DNA of 64,000 nt from an uncultured Methanosarcinaceae archaeon (GCA_963727895.1 CAVSHT010000009.1:128001-192000); one strand, 5' to 3'; shown: positions 21,927-33,331, counted from the first letter of the stretch. Notes: generated by a model from the sequence alone, not told the origin. Numbers and translations are program-made.

Positions 21927-23458
21927 CATGAAAGTACATGAGGAGATTATCCTCACATGCTCTCTTGATCCTTTTTCCCCATAATCGCAAATATTTCACT
22001 AATTATTTTAATCCGTTCATCAACCGAAAAAATCTCAGTCTCAATAATCTTTCTCTTTTGGATTTCTCTTTTGATATCCGGTTTCATCTTCGTCCATCTC
22101 ATCGTTTGTAATAAGATGCCATAGTATCGTTGCAATTTTCCTTGCTAAGGCAATAATTGCTTTTGCATGTCCAATCGACTTCTTTTTTCTGTTAAAAAAC
22201 TCTTTTAACCTGCTATTCTTCTTTCTTGCTGCTGCTTGAGCAATCTGTGTCAGAATCCACCTTGCTACTTTTGATCCCCTCTTTGTGATTCTGCCGTTAT
22301 AGTATTTATCTGCAGATTGATACACATTAGGAACTAGACCAAGCCAAGAAGCAAGCTTATTTCCAGAAGAAAAATCCTTAAAGTTGCCTATTTCAGCAAG
22401 TAAAATTGCCGCACCAAGTTCCCCCTATACCTGGAACTGACATTAAAATCTCCATTTCTCGCTTATGATTTCGAGAAGCATAATTGAAAATTTCTGTTTC
22501 TAAAGCTTCGAGTTCATCATCAAGACTTTTTATGAGTTCCAGACAGATCTGAAGTCTGAATGCAGCACTTTGAGAAATTTCTCGATCAAGAATTTCTCTT
22601 ATCTGAGCAGCTTTTTTCCGAACATTTGGAGAGAGGCTTGCAATAATCTGATCAACACTCTTACCTGAAGAGATTCCTAATAAAATCATTCTGCCATTCT
22701 TGCCAAAAACGTCTGTCAGCACATTATTCAGGTGTAGCATTTCAGATGCAAAAATTGAATTTCAGATGCAAGAATTGAGTGAGCTTTATTTTTTAAATCT
22801 GTTCTTTTTTGTACAAGTGTTAACCGAAGTCGAACATATGATCTAAAATCTATATGATCCTTTGGAAAAACTCTTGATGGCTGAATCATATTATTAAGTG
22901 CAAGTTGTGCAATGACTTCTGAGTCAATCTTATCTGTTTTTGTATGGGTAAATACCTTCATATCTCGCGCATTTCCAACTATCACAGTTAGATGCTTTAC
23001 CAATGAATCATGAATCGGAACCTAAAATTCGCTGGTTGATTCACATGCAACAACATCACATTTTTCTGATATTACCCAATTTTTAAGGGCTAAAATTCCT
23101 TCATCATCTCTGTTGAAACGTTGCTGTTGTTTTTCACCAGATCTACTGAGAATTGTAGCAATGAAAAAGAGTTTGTGAATGTCTAAACCACAAGCTTTGT
23201 TTATGACTTCAATCAAATTAGATCACCAAATTTATTTGGGCAGTGGAATTGCCTAAAAGGCCAATTTAGCATCCGTGATCAAAGCCACACTTGAGCCTTC
23301 GATGGCAATTCACTGATTAGTTTTAGGACGGTTTTGAAAAACCAAAATCGAGACAACCTTACTGCCCAAGGTAATGAGGGCTTAATAGTCAAAAAAAAGA
23401 ACGGAGAGTACTTTCATTAGTTGTGCTTGTTATTCGAAGAAAAGCATGTGCGTTTTAG
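21927..23458 (-). mobile_element. IS110-family element with disrupted transposase (21953-23216)
   Basis: GLDIHK, CEST, KTDKID (DEDD), SVPGIG, YQSA...G.ITKRGS, ALARK. TTTAG at both junctions, no longer duplication. Internal TAG and frameshifts. Confidence 0.9.
23236..23369 (-). ncRNA. Putative IS110 bridge/seek RNA in the non-coding end
   Basis: Nested stems TTGGGCAGT/ACTGCCCAA and GAATTGCC/GGCAATTC upstream of the transposase; loops contain junction-matching sequence. Confidence 0.6.
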
Positions 23459-23800
23459 GGGAAAAGGGAACGAGAATTGTAAAAAATCCAAAAAAAGCAG
23501 TGTACAATAAGTTTACCATAGGACATCATTTAGTGTATTCGGTTTTTTTAAGAGGCTATCTAAAAAATAAATTGTAACTATTCAGATAGCGCCTTGTTAA
23601 GGCTACACAATTTTTCCAATCTCCGAGGAAAAATTGGATATAAAATCAATGTTGCACTGGCGCACTCCACAGCAAGCTAGCAGGGTATTCGACTGAAATA
23701 AATTAACAATGTTTATTTTTGAGAACCGTTGAGTTATTAAAAATAAAACAGAATGAAGAAATATAAAAAGGTTAAAGTTTTCAGAACCGGGAGGAAAAAT

Positions 23801-24817
23801 ATGGGCACAGATATAGGCGATCTGCTCCAGAAAAGAAACGTTGAGCTTTCGGATTTTACAAATCAGGTGGTTGCAATTGATGCATTTAACACACTGCACC
23901 AATTTTTAAGCATTATTAGACAGCGGGATGGAAGTCCCCTAATTGATTCTGCAGGAAGAGTGACATCCCATCTTTCAGGCTTGCTTTATCGGACAGCGAG
24001 CCTTGTTGAAGCTGGGATTAAGCCTCTTTTTGTTTTTGACGGCAAACCTCCGGATCTCAAGGCTGAAACCCTGAATAAGAGAAAAGAAATAAGAGAATCT
24101 TCTCGAGAAAAATGGGAAAATGCAAAGGCTGCAGGGGATCTTGAATCGGCTTATAAGTATGCTCAGGCTTCTTCAAAAGTAAACCAGGAAATTGTTGAAG
24201 ATTCCAAATATCTCCTCAGTATTATGGGAGTTCCCTTTGTCCAAGCTCCCTGTGAAGGTGAAGCACAGGCTGCACATATGGTTCTAAGGAAAGATGCAAA
24301 CTGCGTTGCTTCGCAAGATTATGATTCTTTTCTTTTCGGAGCTCCGGTTGTTGTCCGGAACCTGGCTATAACAGGAAAACGCAAGCTTCCGGGAAAGAAT
24401 ATTTACGTTGATGTCGAACCAGAAAAAATAGAGCTGGATGAAACTCTTGAAGCCCTGAAAATTACTAGGGAACAACTAATTGATATCGCTATCTGTGTGG
24501 GCACGGATTATAACAAAGGACTGGAAAAGGTAGGTCCTAAAACAGCCCTCAAACTAATAAAAAAGCATGGGGATATTTATACCATACTTCGAGAAAAAAA
24601 TGTAGAAATTGATGCTGTGGATAGGATAAGAGATATTTTTCTCCACCCTGAAGTAACGGATAATTATGAAATAAAATGGGGAAAACCTGACTCTGAAAAA
24701 CTTCTCGAATTCCTCTGCGAAAGTCACGATTTCTCAGTTGATAGAGTGAAAAAAGCTGCAGAACGCCTTAAAGCCGCATCTGGAGCCAGACAAAAAACTC
24801 TTGATCAGTGGTTTTAA
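23801..24817 (+). CDS. fen: Flap endonuclease 1
   Basis: MGTDIG, AIDAFN, VFDG, EGEAQAA, SQDYD, GTDYN, C-terminal PIP box [16 protein letters not shown]. Confidence 0.97.
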   Translation: MGTDIGDLLQKRNVELSDFTNQVVAIDAFNTLHQFLSIIRQRDGSPLIDSAGRVTSHLSGLLYRTASLVEAGIKPLFVFDGKPPDLKAETLNKRKEIRESSREKWENAKAAGDLESAYKYAQASSKVNQEIVEDSKYLLSIMGVPFVQAPCEGEAQAAHMVLRKDANCVASQDYDSFLFGAPVVVRNLAITGKRKLPGKNIYVDVEPEKIELDETLEALKITREQLIDIAICVGTDYNKGLEKVGPKTALKLIKKHGDIYTILREKNVEIDAVDRIRDIFLHPEVTDNYEIKWGKPDSEKLLEFLCESHDFSVDRVKKAAERLKAASGARQKTLDQWF

Positions 24818-24977
24818 GGAGTGTTCTGTGTAAAATTTTCATTTAAATTCATTATTTCTACAAATATGGTTGTACATGTTAACTCGCTCGGATTAGTCGA
24901 GAAATCATTTTACAGACAGGCTGAACATAAACACAACAACCTCCTTTCCATTCTTACCAATCTTATATCTAAGTTTT

Positions 24978-25934
24978 TCAAAATCGGGAGATTTCTGCTC
25001 CGCGATTCCTTGCCTTGGTAAGCATCACGAGTCCACCAACGGATTCGTCTAGCATTTTCTGAACTTCTGCCTGAAGCTGCCTGCCTTCCGATTTATTGTC
25101 TACAAAGGAGTATACTACAGGACCAAAAGAACTTACTCCGGCCCCGTAACTTCGATTGCGCATAAAAGAAGCTATACTTTTCACAAAATCAGGCCAGATA
25201 AGGTTCTCTCTTTTGTTAAATCCAACAGTCTGAACATGATTTACTGCAGCCCCAAAACTTTCGATATCTTCCTCTATTACGGCAGGCATCATCTGCATGA
25301 GCACTACATGGCAAATTTCCCTAACTTCTTCAATAGGGAGAGGACAGAATTTTTTGAAGGTTTCGATTTCTTCCTGGTCGTGCATTCCTTTTTCATTTGG
25401 AATTGCTACAACCATATCCCATTCAGGAAAATCTTCTCTGAAGAGCACTGGTCCAGGAGGCACACGACTAGCAGCCGATGGCATAAAACCACCTTTATCT
25501 TTAAATTTGTGCCCTCCGTCAACTATAAATCCGCCTTTTTCAAAAGCAGCAACCCCAATCCCGGATGTACCACCTCTGCTAATAGCAACTGCAAGTTCTC
25601 TAACGTTCTTCCCAAGTGCATACAGTTCGTTCACAGCTGCTGCCGCAGCCAGAGAAGATTGAGTTCCGGATCCAAAACCTACATGGGCAGGGTACAATTC
25701 CTGTACATTGATCTTGATTCCTTTTCCTTCTGGAAGCAAGGCTTCAGCAGCTTTTTTCATTCTATTGGCAAAACCTTGAAGACCTTCAATAATAATTTCA
25801 TCATCTTCTTCGGCAGTAATTCTTATATTAGGAGAGGAAAGGGTTAGTCCTGCTCCTCCATCAACTCTTCCGATTTCCGCATTCATATCAATAAGGGTCA
25901 TATGAATTCGGCAAGGGGTGGTTATTTTGATCAT
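24978..25934 (-). CDS. Beta-ribofuranosylaminobenzene 5'-phosphate synthase (GHMP family, methanopterin pathway)
   Basis: PCRIHMTLID, GRVDGG, HVGFGSGTQ, RGGTSGIG, SSFGP. Confidence 0.92.
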   Translation of the reverse strand: MIKITTPCRIHMTLIDMNAEIGRVDGGAGLTLSSPNIRITAEEDDEIIIEGLQGFANRMKKAAEALLPEGKGIKINVQELYPAHVGFGSGTQSSLAAAAAVNELYALGKNVRELAVAISRGGTSGIGVAAFEKGGFIVDGGHKFKDKGGFMPSAASRVPPGPVLFREDFPEWDMVVAIPNEKGMHDQEEIETFKKFCPLPIEEVREICHVVLMQMMPAVIEEDIESFGAAVNHVQTVGFNKRENLIWPDFVKSIASFMRNRSYGAGVSSFGPVVYSFVDNKSEGRQLQAEVQKMLDESVGGLVMLTKARNRGAEISRF

Positions 25935-26157
25935 TCTTGTTAAACTCCGAGAATAGACTTGAAGCTTTATGGTTTTCTAAGTCTTCTGATCTTTTTATTA
26001 TAGAGGCTGATATTTAATCTTTTAAAAATGGTTTTTATTAAACTTCAAGTTTCATGGAAAATAGCACACAAAACGTAAAAAAGAGAATTAAAAAAGAAAA
26101 TTACAGTTAAGAGGAATTGATCGATCAAAAGTTTAAAATAGTTTTCTATCTCTTTAA

Positions 26158-27705
26158 CTACTTTTTTGTAATAAGTGATTCTCCTTTCATTTCCTCAGGT
26201 TTTGGGATCTTAAGGAGTTCCAGAAGAGTTGGTGCCAGATCGCACAGTTTTCCGTTCCTAAGAGCTTTTGTCTCACTATCCCCTACGTAAATGCATTTTA
26301 CCGGATTTGAAGTATGTGCAGTATGTGGTTCTCCTGTTGTTAGATTTTTCATCTGTTCGGCATTCCCATGGTCTGCAGTTATAATTGCTTCACCTCCGAC
26401 TTCTTCCAAAGTTGCTGTGATTTTGCCCACACAGTTATCTACAGTCTCTACTGCTTTTACTGCAGCCTCAATAATTCCGGTATGCCCTACCATATCCATA
26501 TTTGCGAAATTAAGGATTATTACGTTGTATTTTCCTGAGTTAATTCTTTTTATCACTTCATCCGTAACCTCATATGCACTCATTTCTGGTTTGAGGTCAT
26601 AAGTAGCAACTTTTGGAGAGGGAATAAGGCAACGATCTTCACCTTCATAGCATTTTTCCTGCCCTCCGTTCAAGAAGAAAGTCACATGGGCATACTTTTC
26701 GGTTTCAGCAATTCTAAGCTGAGTTAATCCATGTCTACTCAAGACTTCTCCAAGTACATTGACCAATTTTTCGGGAGGAAAAGCTATAGGCAAATCCAGT
26801 GTTTCATCATATTGAGCCATGCAAACATAGTAGACTTTTGGGTGTTTTTCTCTGGTAAAACCTTCAAAGTCTTTGTTCATAAAAGCCCAGGTAAGCTGTC
26901 GTGCTCTATCGGGTCTGAAATTAAAGAATATTATGGAATCATTATCCTGTATTACTGCCTCAGGATTTCCTGTGGAATCTGTAATCACAGTCGGTTTTAC
27001 GAACTCATCAGTTTCTCCTCTTTCATAAGATTCAGAAACTGCAGTCTCTGCATCATAAGCCTTATAGGGAGCAATTCCCAGATTCAGGGCATCATAGGCA
27101 AGTTTTGTTCTATCCCAGCGTTTATCTCTATCCATTGCATAATAACGCCCTGATACGGTTGCGATCTTAGCACTACCGTTTTCGTTACAAAAAGCATCAA
27201 GTTCCTTTATGTCTTTGAGGGCGGCTTTTGGAGGCACATCTCTACCATCCAAAAAGGCATGTATATAAACTTTTTTTAACCCTTTTTCATGTGCAAGTTT
27301 GATGAGAGAATAAATATGAGTCATGTAACTGTGGACGCCTCCGTAAGAAACAAGCCCCATGAGATGCAGGCTCGAGTTATTGACTTTGGCGTTTGAAATT
27401 GCGTTTAAAAAAACAGGATTTTCAAAGAAATCTCCGTTCTTAATTGAGAGGTTTATTCGGGTAAGATCCTGGTATACAATTCGCCCTGCTCCTATATTCA
27501 GATGCCCTACTTCAGAGTTTCCCATCTGACCTTCCGGAAGACCTACAGCCTCCCCTGAAGCTTCTAATAAACACCAGGGATATTTATTCGTTAAGTTATC
27601 AAGATTTGGAGTTCTGGATAACAGGATAGCATTTCCGTCTCTAGCTTCTCTGTAGCCCCAACCATCAAGAATTATCAGCATAAGAGGTTTTTTTGCCTGA
27701 GTCAT
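26158..27705 (-). CDS. gpmI: 2,3-bisphosphoglycerate-independent phosphoglycerate mutase
   Basis: [43 protein letters not shown]. Confidence 0.97.
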   Translation of the reverse strand: MTQAKKPLMLIILDGWGYREARDGNAILLSRTPNLDNLTNKYPWCLLEASGEAVGLPEGQMGNSEVGHLNIGAGRIVYQDLTRINLSIKNGDFFENPVFLNAISNAKVNNSSLHLMGLVSYGGVHSYMTHIYSLIKLAHEKGLKKVYIHAFLDGRDVPPKAALKDIKELDAFCNENGSAKIATVSGRYYAMDRDKRWDRTKLAYDALNLGIAPYKAYDAETAVSESYERGETDEFVKPTVITDSTGNPEAVIQDNDSIIFFNFRPDRARQLTWAFMNKDFEGFTREKHPKVYYVCMAQYDETLDLPIAFPPEKLVNVLGEVLSRHGLTQLRIAETEKYAHVTFFLNGGQEKCYEGEDRCLIPSPKVATYDLKPEMSAYEVTDEVIKRINSGKYNVIILNFANMDMVGHTGIIEAAVKAVETVDNCVGKITATLEEVGGEAIITADHGNAEQMKNLTTGEPHTAHTSNPVKCIYVGDSETKALRNGKLCDLAPTLLELLKIPKPEEMKGESLITKK

Positions 27706-27843
27706 ATGAAGCAAATTCCACACATGTTCATAAGAAGCTTTTGATATACACTAACATATTAGCTTACTGTGATATGTTTTTGAAGATATTTGTACATTTG
27801 CAGAAATTGGTTTTTAGAAAAGTGATTTGAAAATAGATATATT

Positions 27844-28134
27844 AAAAAGAACGGCAGCCGCAAAAAATCTGTGGGTAACATTGCAACAGTGGCTCACCTA
27901 AATGGCGATATATGGCCTGACTAAACAGGCTGAGTGGTTGATCTGCTCGCCGTTCTTGATAACAATTATATTGTGAACGGCTGTGAGCAAACAATGAGAG
28001 GAAATGAATTAGCCGTTCACATTTTGCAGGGCATGAGTAACCCGCGAGGCGGTTGTTTATAGGGAGGTTGAAAGGAGGCGCTGTTACCCGCCCCCAATTG
28101 TGTATCTTCACCAGCTCAGTGAAGTTCCGTTTTT
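27844..28134 (-). ncRNA. Candidate ~290-nt structured sRNA
   Basis: GC-richer intergenic island; several stems including an 11-bp perfect one (27972-82 / 28011-21); paired ends; TATA-like element upstream and T-tracts downstream on the minus strand. Confidence 0.55.
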
Positions 28135-28254
28135 CAAGTAAATTACAAATATATATTAGCATTTAAAGGATATGAAGGTATGTGTTTTTATCACCAACCG
28201 TATATACATAATATTAATATATACTTGTGTATAAAATATATACATATAAAATAT

Positions 28255-28536
28255 AGACCCGTATGTCTAGACCAATTGGTCTAGTACAATAAGCTAGGTA
28301 TTTTATTATTTTGTAGACCAGTCAGTCTAGTCAAAACGCAGGCAACGCAGATAAACGCAAGTAAAAACGCTCAAAATGCACATTTTTCAAAAAACTTTAA
28401 GCATCAATTGACATGAAACGTGTCAAAACAACGTATACTTACGCGCGCGAGTCCCCATAGAATTAACTTAAAGGGTCTTCAAAAATTTTGGTGTTTCTCT
28501 AAAGGATTAGACGCCAAAACGCAAAAAACGCAAGTA
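28255..28536. repeat. Iteron-like region: 18-bp palindrome plus phased AACGCA repeats
   Basis: CTAGACCAATTGGTCTAG at 28267-84; AACGCA-like units about every 10 bp at 28333-80 and again at 28510-36. Confidence 0.7.
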
Positions 28537-28584
28537 TTTTTTGTGCCCTCAATTGTGTAGTTATGAACGAAATGAAAGCGATAT

Positions 28585-29112
28585 TCCGCCATTGACTTTG
28601 TGTTTATCGAGCATGATTTTTCTTCAAGATCTGCAGCATTAATGTAGATCATAGATAACCAGCTTGCAAGAAGAAACATAAACGGTGAAACTAGAAATTA
28701 TCTTCTTGGGACTAGGTATAGTGAAGAAAAGAAAGAACATGGCGGGGATAGAAAATCAATTATTCACAATGAACAATTGAAACCAACTGTTAAGAAAATA
28801 GCTGAACAGTCAAAAGCAGGTTTAAGCACCGTACAAAGAACTGAGAAGTATGCTGCTGCTATTAACATCATTGTTTCAAACACTGGCATAAGCCGCCATT
28901 TGCTTTAATTAGGCAATATAAAAGCCCCAATGAAAGACATAGTTGAACTTGCAAACAAATGCCCACCTGAAATACAGGCAAATGGGGACTACTTAATTGC
29001 TATTCCTTTTGAATTGCGCAGTATAGCAAAGAACAACAAATATTTTGAGTGCAAATGTGATCCGGCAACAGGCGAGATTTTGTATGTACCTTTGAACAGG
29101 GGAGGGGTATAA
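28585..29112 (+). pseudogene. ParB-like/HTH paralog type A, module 1
   Basis: Hand translation IDFVFIEHDFSSRSAALM*IIDNQLARRNIN...GGDRKS...IAEQSKAGLSTVQR; homologous to the 36295 ORF; two stops. Confidence 0.8.
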
Positions 29113-30312
29113 GTGGAGTTGAAAATAGGTCAAGAGTTTAAAGAATTGATTCCTCCTCTCTCAGCTGAGGAGCTTACAAATCTTGAGCAGAGCCTATTAA
29201 CTGAAGGCTGTAGGGATGCTATTCTCACTTGGAATGATTGCATTATTGACGGTCATAACAGGTATTCTCTGCGTACTAAGAACAACATATCTTTTAGGGT
29301 AGAGGCTAGAGAGTTTGAATCAAGAAATGACGTTTGTATATGGATGATTCAAAACCAATTCGGCAGAAGGAATTTGGCTAATTATACTAAAGGTAGTTTG
29401 AGCCTGAGACTTAAAGAGTATTTTAGAAAGAAAGGGAAAGAAAATATTTCTAACGCTGTTTCAGTTGCTAATGCAAACCGTAGTGAAAATCCAAGTTGTC
29501 AGAAATCTGACAAGATGGAATTTTCGAAAATAGACACTAAAAAAGAACTCTCAAGGTTGGCAGGTGTATCATATGATACAATATATAAGGTTGAGGAAAT
29601 TCAGTCTCAAACTCCTTCAACGCTCCTTCCTGAATTGGAGCGTCTAATAAATTCAAATGCAATTAGTCTTAATCAAGCTCATAAATTTGTCCGTGCAATA
29701 AAAGCAATTCAAGGAAAAGTACCTGACGAGGTTACAGTTGCAAATAAAATTCTTAATGAGTTCAATCAGAATCCTTCTGTTTCCCTTGAAAGTAAGACAA
29801 AAGACGTAATACGTGAAACTCAGCGTGCAGAAAGAGACCGGCAATTGAGAGAAGCTGAAGAAAAGAAAAGACTTGCTGCAGAGCAGGCTAGAAGAGAAAG
29901 AGAATTAAAAGAAAAAGCTGAGCGTGAACGTCTTGAAAAAGAAAGATTAGAACGGGAGCGCATTAGGCAAGAACAGCTTGAGAAAGAAAAATTAAGACGA
30001 GAACAGTGGGAAAAAGAAAGAGCTGAAAAAGAGCGCATTCGAAAAGAAAAAGCAGAGCAGGAAAGAATAAAAAGAGAAAAACTTGCATTTGAACAAGCTG
30101 AAAAAGCAAGAACAGCAGCAGAGCGGACAGCAGAATTTTCCGAAGCAATGGGCATAATTACTTTGCCCCACCCACGAAAAGTATGTGTCCTTCTGTCCTC
30201 ATTCTGTTTTCGAGTTCTTTCCATTCCTTCTGAAGTTTCGCTGCCTGTTTCTCTTTATTCTTTTCCTACCTCGCGCGACGCTCTTTTCGCCTCGCCTCGT
30301 TCTCTGCTATAG
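29113..30312 (+). CDS. ParB-like N-terminal domain + HTH + coiled coil (type B, module 1)
   Basis: LIPPLSAEE, IIDGHNRY, NQFGRRNL, HTH LAGVSYDTIYKV, E/K/R-rich tail. The last ~60 aa look like read-through into opposite-strand DNA. Confidence 0.8.
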   Translation: MELKIGQEFKELIPPLSAEELTNLEQSLLTEGCRDAILTWNDCIIDGHNRYSLRTKNNISFRVEAREFESRNDVCIWMIQNQFGRRNLANYTKGSLSLRLKEYFRKKGKENISNAVSVANANRSENPSCQKSDKMEFSKIDTKKELSRLAGVSYDTIYKVEEIQSQTPSTLLPELERLINSNAISLNQAHKFVRAIKAIQGKVPDEVTVANKILNEFNQNPSVSLESKTKDVIRETQRAERDRQLREAEEKKRLAAEQARRERELKEKAERERLEKERLERERIRQEQLEKEKLRREQWEKERAEKERIRKEKAEQERIKREKLAFEQAEKARTAAERTAEFSEAMGIITLPHPRKVCVLLSSFCFRVLSIPSEVSLPVSLYSFPTSRDALFASPRSLL

Positions 30313-30502
30313 CTTTTTGAAACTGCTCGGTTTTTTCAAGGCGGGTGACTTCTTCAATGGCGAACAGTTGAACTGGTCTGTCTCTCCTGTGAATGTTTGT
30401 GACTTGGGCTGCACATTCTAAACCTGTGTCTCGCATTATTTCAGCAGTCCATCCTCTGCTTTTTATTTCAGTTAGTGAGTAATATATTTTTGGATAATTC
30501 AT
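30266..30502 (-). CDS. Hypothetical protein (3' end possibly frameshifted)
   Basis: ORF track; co-oriented with neighbouring small genes. Confidence 0.5.
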   Translation of the reverse strand: MNYPKIYYSLTEIKSRGWTAEIMRDTGLECAAQVTNIHRRDRPVQLFAIEEVTRLEKTEQFQKAIAENEARRKERRAR

Positions 30503-30522
30503 TTTTAATCACGCTGTAAAAA

Positions 30523-30871
30523 TTATTTTGTTAGTAGTGGGTTTACTTTTAGAACCACTTTTTCAGTAATTTCTTTATTTATAGCCATGTCATGACGCTG
30601 ACTTACTGCTCTAATTTTGGCGATCTTATTCTCCTCAGGTATTTGCTTCGGAACTTTTTGTTTTTCAGAAATTTTCCTGCCTTTTGCTTTCATAGCTTCT
30701 GTAGGTTCCTCAGGATCTTTACCCAAACGGAAAGGCCAGAGCGCGCACTTGCAAGTAAGGTTCAGCATTTGAACCCGCTGCACAGTTTTTCACGTCAAGG
30801 TATGATCCGCCGCAGCACTCTAAACAATGTGTTCTAACTGTTTGTAATAGTTTCGTTTTTGTAGTCGTCAT
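30523..30871 (-). pseudogene. Phage-type Cys-rich small protein, one frameshift
   Basis: MTTTKTKLLQTVRTHCLECCGGSYLDVKNC... joined to CALWPFRLGKDP. Confidence 0.65.
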
Positions 30872-30892
30872 TTTTATTCCCCAAAAGCATTT

Positions 30893-31063
30893 TTACACCT
30901 TTGTTGGTGCGCGCTCAGCTTGTCTGACGATTCTCAAACTATTCAATGAATTGATATGAACTTGAACTACGTCATCACGTTTTAGATCTATTTTTTCACA
31001 ATACTTTTTTGGCACAATGATTACTAAGTGCCCCCGGAACATTTTCGCTTTCGTTTTTATCAT
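30893..31063 (-). CDS. AbrB/MazE-like DNA-binding protein (56 aa, not in ORF track)
   Basis: MIKTKAKMFRGHLVIIVPKKYCEKIDLKRDDVVQV; GAGGT RBS. Confidence 0.65.
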   Translation of the reverse strand: MIKTKAKMFRGHLVIIVPKKYCEKIDLKRDDVVQVHINSLNSLRIVRQAERAPTKV

Positions 31064-31073
31064 GTATTCGACC

Positions 31074-31229
31074 TCAATCGATTTTTATTTTAGTTATATG
31101 CAAACTGTTTCCTACTTTTTCGATGTTGACGCAACTTTCACAGTTCAAATCAAGTTCATGCGCAAGTTTAGCAGGAACTCCAATTCCGATACTGCCGTCT
31201 CGATTTAACTTTAAAACTGTTTTCAACAT
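31074..31229 (-). CDS. AbrB/MazE-like DNA-binding protein
   Basis: GSIGIGVPAKLAHELDLNCESCVNI swapped-hairpin pattern. Confidence 0.7.
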   Translation of the reverse strand: MLKTVLKLNRDGSIGIGVPAKLAHELDLNCESCVNIEKVGNSLHITKIKID

Positions 31230-31680
31230 TTTTAAAACTCCGAATCTTCGATTATTACTACTATATACGCTGCCAAAATAAGTAAGCGTTTCGATAATTA
31301 AGCTCATAAGTCCAAAAAAACTAAATTGTCAGACTTTAAAACTGCTTAGGAAAATAAATAGAATATATTTCCAAAATATAAAAAGAATCGTAACCAGTTA
31401 AATTCTGAAAAAGAGAAGGATTAAATTTTTTGGCCGTAATTATGGGGACTCGGACATGTAATGCCCAATCGACTTCTATTTCCTGTCGAAAAACTAACTT
31501 TTATAATTATAATAGTTAAAAGAAAAAATTAAAGTAGTATGTTTGAAAGTAATATAAGGAGTTCGAATATGCCTGTCAACTATATTTGAAACTCACATTC
31601 CAAGAGGCAATAATTCCTTGGTTTGAGAGTGTTTAAGGTTTATCCCTGCCTCTTGAGTAAAAGAAAGAGGTAATTAACTG

Positions 31681-32364
31681 ATGACAATAAAGAAGAAAAT
31701 CAAAATAAGTGCTGTGTTCGCAACCATATTACTTGTGACCATCTTATTAGTGTCAGTAGTAAATGCTCAAGGAAATGAAACTACACAAAAAAATGCTACT
31801 GAAAAGCCTACCTTTTATCCGGAAACTCTTGAGGAACTAAGAAGTAATCCAGATTTTGTTGCTGAATATGGGAGCATACCCACTTTCACAACAACAGAAG
31901 AGAGATCCAAATGGATCGCTATTCTCTCTAAAATATTAGATAATATTTCTGTTGGTTTTGGTCAAGATCAAAAAATGATGAAGTATTTTGATCCGGTTGG
32001 CCCTATTAGAGCTTCTACTGTAACCTCTTATGATTTTATAGAAATAAGTATCAATAATAGTTCAACAGTCAATAAGCCTTTTTTGGATGAGTTCTATCAG
32101 CTTATTGACTCTGAAGCAAACAGTACAGGTATTAGTAATGTCCCTGTAGTGTTCGTGCGTGAAAAGAATCTAACTCTTGCAGATTTTAAAACATCAGATT
32201 CAACTAACAATACTTCAAATTCCACTAATGAAAGTATTTCGAACATAAACAATTCGAGTGAAAATAAATAAAGTACATCAAGTAAAGTGAGCTCAACTCC
32301 TGATTTTGAGTTATTGGGAAGCTTGATTTGCCTTTACGGTGGTTGGAAGTTCAGGAAGAACTAA
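31681..32364 (+). pseudogene. Secreted cell-surface protein with PGF-CTERM-like tail behind a premature TAA
   Basis: Signal peptide and S/N/T-rich linker; in-frame tail STPDFELLGSLICLYGGWKFRKN after TAA at 32269-71. Confidence 0.75.
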
Positions 32365-33042
32365 TGGAAGCAGATAAGTGAGCTACTGCAACTAATTAGC
32401 CGTTGCTTGTTGTCTTTTGTACGCGAAGTGCTTAACTACTTCACCTTATATTTTGAAAACTGTGCAAGAAAGAATAGAAAGAAAAAACTTGCATTTGAAC
32501 GCGCTGAAAAAGTTAAGCTAGAAAAGGAGCACCTTGAGAGAGAACGTGAAGAAAAAAGTAAGCAGAAAAACAAAAACGAAACTAATATATAATATTTCAT
32601 GTGATGTAAAAATGGGTTTATGTAGGTTTAGAGGAGGAAATAATTCCTCCTCGTCTTTCGCTAGCACTATCGTTTTTTAATCTCTAGAGTTAAGTACCTA
32701 ATATGTCCCGTTTTTGGTATTATAGTGGGTTTAACTTAGTCTTTAGGCGGTGTTGTTTTAAAGCTCGTTCAAAAGAACGTAACTTTAGTCGCAGGTTATT
32801 ATAATATAATATTTATACTTAATTATATTTGATTAATTTATATATAAATAGTTTTGTTATATTAACCCCATGCTGATTTTGCAGATTTCAGCAAATCAAA
32901 CTATAATTTGTAGTCAACATTTTGATTTTACTGTTATTAAGCGGAATTTTCCTCAAGATCTGAAGCGTTTAACTGGATCATAGATAATCAACTTGCGAGA
33001 ATAAACTAACTATAAATATATTTTAATTATATATAACAGATT

Positions 33043-33077
<35 letters not shown>

Positions 33078-33331
33078 TTCAGTTTTATTATATACTTCAG
33101 AGGTTTTTGTGCGTCCCTGCGTAGTTGATTTCTAGAATCCCAAACATATTAAAATCCTGACACATCATTTCTAATGACGCACCACCTCACATATAATTGG
33201 TCATTTTGAAATTTTCAAGATTAGGCAGAAAATAACCGATCTCGATTTTTTAGAGAAATGTATCCAAAGTCCTCTGAGATCTAAACTGGACTGTAACGAT
33301 TATTGTGAAAAGTAATTGGGGTATTAAAGTT

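Larger units (their letters stand above)
21826..23570 (+). pseudogene. Small basic hypothetical protein gene split by the IS110 insertion
   Basis: MKFGFRKPSLKRSIKARTTGKLKRKVKKTLVPF before 21926; KNPKKAVYNK-like continuation after 23458. Confidence 0.7.

Noticed and set aside
23022..23024. Pyrrolysine read-through at the IS110 TAG (also the TAG near 28646)
   Set aside because: Both look like TGG-to-TAG changes at Trp positions in genes with other lesions.
25236..25847. 203-aa antisense ORF and similar shadow ORFs
   Set aside because: They lie opposite well-supported genes and have no recognisable motifs.
27844..28134. SRP RNA or RNase P RNA
   Set aside because: Size fits, but I could not find the SRP helix-8 motif or the RNase P GAGGAAAGUCC motif on either strand.
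27842..28162. 106-aa ORF from the track
   Set aside because: No protein-like features; the region is better explained as structured RNA.
28140..28260. att direct repeat matching the right border
   Set aside because: Only short AT-rich similarities, expected by chance.
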